Positions 58,403 through 64,000 of a stretch of DNA of 64,000 nt are shown in pieces. The number at the start of each line of letters is the position of its first letter. Within the stretch, counting starts at the first letter, position 1. Where the stretch lies: positions 382 to 64,381 of the forward strand of contig OZ252291.1 in the NCBI GenBank assembly GCA_965250155.1, written 5' to 3'. The position numbers and the translations under genes were made by a program. The notes beneath the pieces were generated by a model that worked only from the letters and a program-made list of their open reading frames with translations, did not search any database and had not been told where the DNA came from. This stretch comes from Gemmatimonadales bacterium. GTDB taxonomy: Bacteria > Gemmatimonadota > Gemmatimonadetes > Gemmatimonadales > GWC2-71-9.

Positions 58403-59299
58403 ATGCGTACACTTCCCAGGGTGATGTTGATCATGGCTCTATCCAGCGCGTGTTCCTCGGACAGGCAGGACCTGTACGACCGGGTCGAGCACCACTATGC
58501 CGACAGTGACGGGGTCCGGATTCACTATGTTACCGTGGGACAAGGACCCCTCGTGGTGATGATCCACGGCTTTCCCGATTACTGGTATTCTTGGCGTCAT
58601 CAGATGGAGGCGCTGTCTGCGGATTACCGTGTTGCGGCAATGGACATGCGAGGATACAACAGGAGCGACAAGCCCAAGGGTGTCGAGAGTTACGGCATGG
58701 CACACCTCGTGGACGACGTGGCGGCGGTGGTGCAAGACGCCGGCGAGGACGAGGCGATCATCGTGGGACACGATTGGGGCGGGATGGTGGCATGGACCTT
58801 TGCCATGCAGCACCCGGAGAAGACCGACAAGCTCATCATCCTCAATCTGCCTCACCCCCGCGGCCTCGCCCGGGAACTGGCCAACAACCCGGAGCAGCAG
58901 CGCAACAGCCAGTATGCCCGCAACTTCCAGCAGCCCGGTGCCCACACGCAGCTCACCGCGGAAGGGTTGGCGGCTTGGGTGACGGATCCCAACGCCCGAG
59001 CACGGTACGTCGAGGCCTTCGAGCGTTCCGATTTCAAGGCCATGCTCAACTACTACAAGGCCAATTACCCCCGGGAGCCTTACGTAGAGGACACCTCACC
59101 CGTCGTGAAGGTGCAGGCTTCCGTGCTCATGTTTCACGGGTTGGGGGACCAGTACCTGTTGCACGGGGCGTTGAACGGCACCTGGGAGTGGCTCGAGCAG
59201 GACCTCACGCTCATGACGATTCCCGGTGCGCAGCACTTCGTGCAGCAGGATGCGGCAGACTTAGTGACGCGGACGATGGTGGCGTGGTTGGGGCGGTGA
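58403..59299 (+). CDS. Alpha/beta hydrolase (epoxide-hydrolase-like) lipoprotein
   Basis: [17 protein letters not shown] signal/lipobox, [22 protein letters not shown] nucleophile elbow. Confidence 0.85.
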   Translation: MRTLPRVMLIMALSSACSSDRQDLYDRVEHHYADSDGVRIHYVTVGQGPLVVMIHGFPDYWYSWRHQMEALSADYRVAAMDMRGYNRSDKPKGVESYGMAHLVDDVAAVVQDAGEDEAIIVGHDWGGMVAWTFAMQHPEKTDKLIILNLPHPRGLARELANNPEQQRNSQYARNFQQPGAHTQLTAEGLAAWVTDPNARARYVEAFERSDFKAMLNYYKANYPREPYVEDTSPVVKVQASVLMFHGLGDQYLLHGALNGTWEWLEQDLTLMTIPGAQHFVQQDAADLVTRTMVAWLGR

Positions 59300-59438
59300 G
59301 CACCCTCTAATTGGTCTTCTGACTGAGAGCCGCGGCCGGCTTCGCGAGGTTGGAGCTAAGGAACAAGTTGAGGGCGTCGCCACAACCGTGGCGCTCGTTG
59401 CCGCAGGGCCATAACGTGGTGCAAGGTAGGAACCGACT

Positions 59439-60347
59439 ATGGAACAGCTCACGGACATCGTAGTTTCGATTCGCGACGCGCTGAACTACTCCTTGTTTCA
59501 GCTCGGCGATACCGAGGTGACCCTGTGGACGCTCGTCTACGTGAGCGTGCTCTTCACCCTACTAGTTCTTGTTGCAGGCCAACTCAAGCGGTGGGTTGCG
59601 CGATCACTCGGCGCGATCGGGGACGTCGAGATTGGGATGCGCCAATCGATCGCAACGATCGTGCGGTACCTTGTCATCGCTATCGGCCTCGTAATCATCA
59701 TCCAATCAGCCGGGATCGACCTCAGCACTCTCACGGTGTTGGCCGGTGCCGCAGGTTTGGGAATCGGCTTCGGCCTGCAGAACATCATCAACAACTTCGT
59801 TAGCGGTCTGATCATTCTGTTCGAGCGGCCGATCAAGGTTGGCGATCGTGTTGACGTCGGCAGCGTCCACGGCGACGTGGTGAGCATCTCCGCCCGCGCC
59901 ACAACGATCGTCACCAATGACAACATCGCCATCATCGTTCCCAACGCGGATTTCATTTCCAGCAAGGTCACCAACTGGAGCTACACCGATCGCAAGGTGC
60001 GCTTCGATGTCCCCGTCGGTGTCTCCTACGAGTGTGACCCGGAGGTCATCACGCGGCTCCTCCTGGAGGTCGCGAACGCCCACAATGGCGTGTTGGCCAC
60101 CCCCCCCTCCGAAGTGCTGTTCGAGGAATTCGGGGACAGTTCCTTGAACTTTACGCTACAGGTCTGGACCAAGGATTATTCAGCGAAACCGCGAGTCCTG
60201 AAGAGCGAACTGAACTACGCCATCGCCCGGATTTTCAAAGAAAACGACATCGAGATCCCGTTTCCGCAACGCGTTCTTCACATTCGCAGCGGAGCGCTCG
60301 GCGCGTCGTCACAAACGCTGGGTAGGGCTGACCGGTCTCGGCATTAA
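59439..60347 (+). CDS. MscS-family mechanosensitive channel
   Basis: Three TM segments, then NFVSGLIILFERPIKVGDRV..G.V..I..R.T, typical of MscS. Confidence 0.88.
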   Translation: MEQLTDIVVSIRDALNYSLFQLGDTEVTLWTLVYVSVLFTLLVLVAGQLKRWVARSLGAIGDVEIGMRQSIATIVRYLVIAIGLVIIIQSAGIDLSTLTVLAGAAGLGIGFGLQNIINNFVSGLIILFERPIKVGDRVDVGSVHGDVVSISARATTIVTNDNIAIIVPNADFISSKVTNWSYTDRKVRFDVPVGVSYECDPEVITRLLLEVANAHNGVLATPPSEVLFEEFGDSSLNFTLQVWTKDYSAKPRVLKSELNYAIARIFKENDIEIPFPQRVLHIRSGALGASSQTLGRADRSRH

Positions 60348-60822
60348 GCGCAGTCAAGAACTCGCCCCTGACCACGAAGACGCGTTTGTCCGATCCATCG
60401 GTCCAGTAGGCGACCCCTCGCGTGCTGTTGCCGCGTAAGCCTTCCAAGCCTTCGTCCCACGGCTCCTGAACCCAAAGTGTTGCGCCGGTGGCCGGGTCGA
60501 ACGCCTCGACCAACCCCACACCATTAGGGCTGTAGAGCACACCGTCGACCATGAGCGGCGTTGCGCGGAAGTTATTCGAAAACCGCAGATCAGGGTCCGC
60601 CGCCGTCAGCGAAGCGTCGACCGCTGGCCTTTTCCACGCAATCCGGAGACGTCCGACATTATCCTCGTTAATCTGATCGAGCGGGGAGTACTTGGTGCTG
60701 CCTGGTCCGCCGCTGTACATTCGCCACTGCCCCTCCTTCGCACCGTGCTGTCCGTCGACTGGGTGGACGAAAAAGAGCGACATCGAGGCGGCAAGCAGGA
60801 CGGTGAGTCGACGCGTATTCAT
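60348..60822 (-). pseudogene. N-terminal fragment of a PQQ-dependent (beta-propeller) dehydrogenase gene
   Basis: MNTRRLTVLLAASMSLFF signal, WRMYSGGPGSTKYSPLDQIN..NVGRLRIAW, RATPLMVDGVLY, ALNAETGQP. It breaks off at the mscS stop; about 150 aa of what I expect to be a much longer protein remain. Confidence 0.6.
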
Positions 60823-60864
60823 CGTTCGCCTCCATAAGCAATCCTTGGCGGAAAAGGAACAGGG

Positions 60865-60993
60865 AGCGACCTTGCGGTGGTGCTTGAGGTCCTCCGCGAG
60901 GTAGACCGTAGCCATGCCCCCAGCGCCGATTTCCCGCTCGATGACGTAGCGGTCGGCGGGGGCGGCTTTGAGACGGTCGAAGGTATCGGTCAC
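60865..60993 (-). pseudogene. 5' fragment (43 codons) of a Ser/Thr protein kinase gene
   Basis: GTG-ACC-GAT..., VTDTFDRLKAAPADRYVIEREIGAGGMATVYLAEDLKHHRKVA. It then reads straight into the 5' UTR of the PQQ-DH fragment. Confidence 0.75.
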
Positions 60994-61099
60994 GGCGCTG
61001 CGCCCGGCTGGCAGTAGTAGTAAGATGGGGCCCGCTGGCTCAGGCGGCCAGCCCTCAAGCAGCAGGATTCGATGGCATGTGCGAAGGGATCGCGGCAGC

Positions 61100-61435
61100 G
61101 ATGACCAACGCGCCCACCGTACGTAGCGAGGCACGCGCTGCGAGCTACGACCCTGTAAGCGACAGGGTGAGTATGCCCCGGCCACGAGTATTCGAGAGCG
61201 GCGAGGGGTATTACGACACGCTCTTCCACGAGCTGACCCACAGCACCGGCCACGCGTCCCGCTTGAACCGGAAGGGCATCACGGAAGCAATCCGCTTTGG
61301 ATCGCCTACCTATACCCGTGAGGAACTCGTGGCCGAGATGGGCGCGGCGTTCCCCTGTGGGAGGCTGGCATCCTGGAGACGCAGCTTGACCAGTCGGCCG
61401 CGTACATTGACGGCTGGCTCCAGGGGCTGCGCAAG
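61100..61435 (+). pseudogene. ArdC-like antirestriction/zincin domain fragment, frameshifted
   Basis: ASYDPVSDRVSMPRPRVFESGEGYYDTLFHELTHSTGHASRLNR...TREELVAEMGAAF, then shifted frame EAGILETQLDQSAAYIDGWLQGLRK. The N-terminal ssDNA-binding half is absent. Confidence 0.65.
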
Positions 61436-61441
61436 CATCGC

Positions 61442-61645
61442 ATGCTACCGGTACCCGAGGAGCAGGCGATTGTCCACCGCATCCTCACGGCGTGGCGCGC
61501 CGGTGGATCCTACGCCGGAATCACTCGGGAACTCAACCAGGAAGGGGTCGCCTCGAAGCGAGGCGGGTGCTGGCACGCTGCAACGGTCCGCCAGATAGTG
61601 GGGGGCCGTCGGGATTGGTACGCGGACGCTCTGAGGGGCTTCTAG
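61442..61645 (+). pseudogene. Internal fragment of a large serine recombinase (recombinase domain)
   Basis: PEEQAIVHRILTAWRAGGSYAGITRELNQEGVASKRGGCWHAATVRQIV. There is no resolvase catalytic domain upstream and no zinc-ribbon or coiled coil downstream. Confidence 0.6.
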
Positions 61646-61714
61646 GCGCCCATCTTATACGTGGGAAGGGGGTTCTCGGGGCCGTTTCCTTTTGGGGTGT
61701 ACCTCACCCGTTCC

Positions 61715-61860
61715 TTGCGGCCCCATGTACCCCGCTTCATACTCACGTCCTAGACGGTAGCCGATGCTGGCCCCGCCGATCTGACTGACGCCCGTAGGAC
61801 GCCCCTCGACGACGAGACCTCCGCCACCGATGGTGATGTTCAATCACCACAGGTAATACC
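61715..61860 (+). repeat. Copy C of the 4-copy noncoding element, with TTGCGG-17nt-CATACT
   Basis: Hexamers at 61715-61720 and 61738-61743, core at 61781-61820, hairpins CACC-GAT-GGTG and GGTGAT-GTTCA-ATCACC (61825-61848), then AGGTAATA. It lies 214 nt upstream of the co-oriented lipoprotein gene. Confidence 0.7.
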
Positions 61861-62073
61861 CCATCTGTGAAGCCACTAGCCGCCGATGTAACGCTCGTAT
61901 AGACACAGGCGTAACGCCCAGCACGTAACTTTACCGACTCTCAACGGGAAGCTACGGCGTGGTCCAAGACGGGGCAACCTGAGCGCAGGGGGTCCTGAGT
62001 CTGAGCATCGTCAACGGGTGGGAGGTGGTGGGTTACCGCCCGACCGCCTTACCGCCTTTAACTGGAGGTAGGT

Positions 62074-62712
62074 ATGAAACCACATCTCGCGAAGCTATCC
62101 CTCGCACTGCTGTCCACGGTATTTCTGCTAGGCTGTCAGGAGCAGGGATCGGAGCCGGTGGGGCCGGAGGGTCCACAGTTCGGGGCGAAGTCGTGCGCGG
62201 CCAACCCCAACCAAGGCAAGTGTAAGGGCAGCAGCAGCACGGTTTCCTTGTTCGTCGAGAGCGGTGGCATTAAAGGCGTCCTGGGCGCTGCATTGTGTGA
62301 CCTGGGAGCTGCGCAGGTAGGTGGAACAGTCGGCCAAGTCACCTGGCAAAACATTCGGCGCACGGACAACCACACTCATGCCAACGTTGTGCTAAGTGGT
62401 GCTACACCGGGCACCTACGACATCTACGGAAATCAGGATGTATTGTGCAATGCGCCGTTTGCGCTTGTCGATTTCGATCTGAGAAGCGGTCACAAAAGGG
62501 TAGTCACCGTAGACGCAAATGGTGATGGTGATGTAAGGATCGGGCTCACATTCGGGGGGGATGACCCGGCCACCCAGATCCCCGAGGGGCATGCGCCTGG
62601 TCCGCACCAGCTCTGGTTGACATTTGTAAGACGAGGAGGAGGAAATCCTGTAGAAGTTCTGCGGAGTGTCGCCTTCGAGGTCGTGATTAAAGACCATAGC
62701 GGCCATGATTGA
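62074..62712 (+). CDS. Lipoprotein, hypothetical
   Basis: MKPHLAKLSLALLSTVFLLGC lipobox, SD GGAGG upstream, followed by two intrinsic terminators. Confidence 0.65.
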   Translation: MKPHLAKLSLALLSTVFLLGCQEQGSEPVGPEGPQFGAKSCAANPNQGKCKGSSSTVSLFVESGGIKGVLGAALCDLGAAQVGGTVGQVTWQNIRRTDNHTHANVVLSGATPGTYDIYGNQDVLCNAPFALVDFDLRSGHKRVVTVDANGDGDVRIGLTFGGDDPATQIPEGHAPGPHQLWLTFVRRGGGNPVEVLRSVAFEVVIKDHSGHD

Positions 62713-62760
62713 GAACGCGTTTCGTCTGTCAGGGTGACCACACAGGCGGTTAGAGAATCA

Positions 62761-62790
62761 GGGGCGGTTCCTACTTGGGCCGCCCCTTTT
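62761..62790 (+). terminator. Intrinsic terminator 1 after the lipoprotein gene
   Basis: GGGGCGG-TTCCTACTTGGG-CCGCCCC-TTTT. Confidence 0.7.
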
Positions 62791-62811
62791 GATCCTGGGT
62801 TCGGACGTAAC

Positions 62812-62844
62812 GCCCCGAGCGTCCCAGCGGCGTTCGGGGCTTTT
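62812..62844 (+). terminator. Intrinsic terminator 2
   Basis: GCCCCGA-(15 nt)-TCGGGGC-TTTT. Confidence 0.65.
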
Positions 62845-62963
62845 GTAGTTGAAACAAACACGGTTTGTGTTCAGGAAGTGTTGATGGTGCGGGTGAACGG
62901 GGTTCATCAGCGCTCCACGCGTCACCCCTAATTTGCATTGCCACTGCAGGCTGACGGTTCAAT

Positions 62964-63266
62964 TCAATTCCAGAGCGAGTTGCTGTAGACGCCCCCTCGA
63001 AACTGATCAAAGAAATCGTTCACCTCCGGGTGTTTAATGGGCTCCCTGCTGACGTCCGGTTCGAGATGCCGTTCAGCCACGTACGTTCGGTGCGATGCCC
63101 CATGGACGAGGACGTGATACCAAGGCTTGTCTTTGGGTGGACGGGATCGAGCGACCTCATCGTACCACTCGTCCGACCCTTGAAAGGTTTTGTCCACTCC
63201 CATGATCACCCCTCGGTAGTCAAACTTCCGATGATGAACCGTTTGCCCGATGGTGAACGTGCTCAT
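62964..63266 (-). CDS. hspQ: HspQ/YccV-like hemimethylated-DNA-binding domain protein
   Basis: MSTFTIGQTVHHRKFDYRGVIMGVD...PWYHVLVHGASHRTYVAERHLEP. The ATG at 63266 is preferred over the listed 63287 start. Confidence 0.75.
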   Translation of the reverse strand: MSTFTIGQTVHHRKFDYRGVIMGVDKTFQGSDEWYDEVARSRPPKDKPWYHVLVHGASHRTYVAERHLEPDVSREPIKHPEVNDFFDQFRGGVYSNSLWN

Positions 63267-63273
63267 CAAAGCC

Positions 63274-63354
63274 TCACGAGCCAGCACCGATCTCCCGCTC
63301 GATGGCGTAGCGGTCTGCTAGGGCGGTCTTGAGGCGGTCGAGAAGGTCTGGCAC
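63274..63354 (-). pseudogene. 5' fragment (26 codons) of a Ser/Thr protein kinase gene
   Basis: VPDLLDRLKTALADRYAIEREIGAGS*. The upstream leader is alignable with that of the 60993 copy. It ends 8 nt before the hspQ ATG. Confidence 0.65.
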
Positions 63355-63446
63355 TGCGTTTGGCCCTGCTGGTGACAGTCGTAGAATAGGGCTTGGGGCG
63401 TCAGGCGGCTAGGCGAAGGGGCTACTTCTTGACGCTATCGTGCTGA

Positions 63447-64000
63447 GAGTGCTGGGAGTCTCACGACGCGTTGCCCAACTACGTTGAGTGGTGGCCGCTG
63501 TTCGCCACTCTGATGCACACCGGCATGCGCATTGGTGAGGCGCAAGGGTTGGTATGGGCAGACGTGCGCTTGCCCGAACGACGCATTGCAATACACGAGG
63601 GATCGCGTCGTGTGAAAACGGCATCGAGCGTGCGCGACGTTCCGGTGTCTGAACCTTTGGCGGCCACCCTCGATGAGCACGCGGCTGGGGTGTTTCATGG
63701 GCCCAAAGACCCTGTGTTCCCGTCCCCATTCGATAACTACGCGTCGGCACGCCGTGCATGGCGCGAGGTCTGTCTCCACGCTGGACTCCACGACGGCGGA
63801 CCAAAACCTTTACCGAACGCTACCATTCACGATCTCCGCCACACGTTCGGAGTGGCGGCGGCGCAAGCTGGCGTGCCAATTGTGCGATTACAGAAGCTCC
63901 TGGGCCATACGACACCCCACATGACCATGCGATATATGAAGCACGCACCAGAAGCCTTCTTCAAGGAAGACGCAGCCAAGGTCGCAAGCGCATTGGCGGG
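63447..64000 (+). pseudogene. Tyrosine recombinase catalytic domain lacking its N-terminal domain; runs off the window
   Basis: The frame opens after the TGA at 63444-63446: YVEWWPLFATLMHTGMRIGEAQGL (Arg), ...TIHDLRHTFGVAAAQAGVPIVRLQKLLGHTTPHMTMRY (HxxR, H, Y). No credible start and no SAM-like N-domain. Confidence 0.7.

Noticed and set aside
60235-61185. 316-aa minus-strand ORF treated as one protein
   Set aside because: It reads through a kinase 5' fragment, the 5' UTR and N-terminus of a PQQ-dehydrogenase fragment, and the antisense of the mscS 3' end. It is a chimera, not a gene.

Overview
High-GC bacterial chromosomal window. The taxon cannot be determined from the sequence; the Ser/Thr-kinase N-termini and gene content resemble Gemmatimonadota/Acidobacteriota-type genomes, but that is inference only. 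The window has three parts. (1) nt 1-16,860 is an accessory, heavily decayed region bounded on the right by tRNA-Met(CAT) and a degraded tyrosine-integrase gene. It holds an IS21 right end, transposase, IS110, DUF72, hydrolase and kinase relics, tRNA-Pro and tRNA-Ser-like half genes, and intact cargo: NDH-2, NAD-dependent formate dehydrogenase, a CDGSH Fe-S protein, DoxX, an SLT transglycosylase and several small exported proteins. (2) nt 16,890-60,350 is a housekeeping core. A long co-directional minus-strand block carries ftsB-eno-plsC-thiL-propeller-nnr-Memo(AmrB)-Zn-ribbon-Minf_1886-glyA-rpiB, then Leu-DH/acyl-CoA DH/hbd/bioY/thiolase and thrS. The plus-strand genes that follow are valS-lipoprotein-selA and purN-purH. 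After these come a TonB-dependent receptor, an acyl-CoA synthetase, a symporter, folA, the AmmeMemoRadiSam radical SAM enzyme, YtoQ and an MscS channel. The core is interrupted at 44.6-46.7 kb by a small, visibly more AT-rich islet. (3) nt 60,350-64,000 is a second mosaic of relics (PQQ-dehydrogenase, kinase, ArdC, serine recombinase and tyrosine integrase fragments) around an intact lipoprotein gene and hspQ. I found no rRNA, no CRISPR array, and no recognisable defence, secretion or biosynthetic cluster. The most notable observations are: (a) a four-copy ~110-150 nt noncoding element found only in the accessory regions, three copies of which carry a promoter-like hexamer pair and sit upstream of, and co-oriented with, unrelated exported-protein genes; (b) the 44.6-46.7 kb islet, which encodes a signal-peptide/JAB-like protein, two tandem paralogous 4-Cys mini-proteins and a small divergent ORF; (c) three independently truncated 5' fragments of paralogous Ser/Thr kinase genes at mosaic junctions. 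All functional calls rest on motif recognition by eye; no searches were run.
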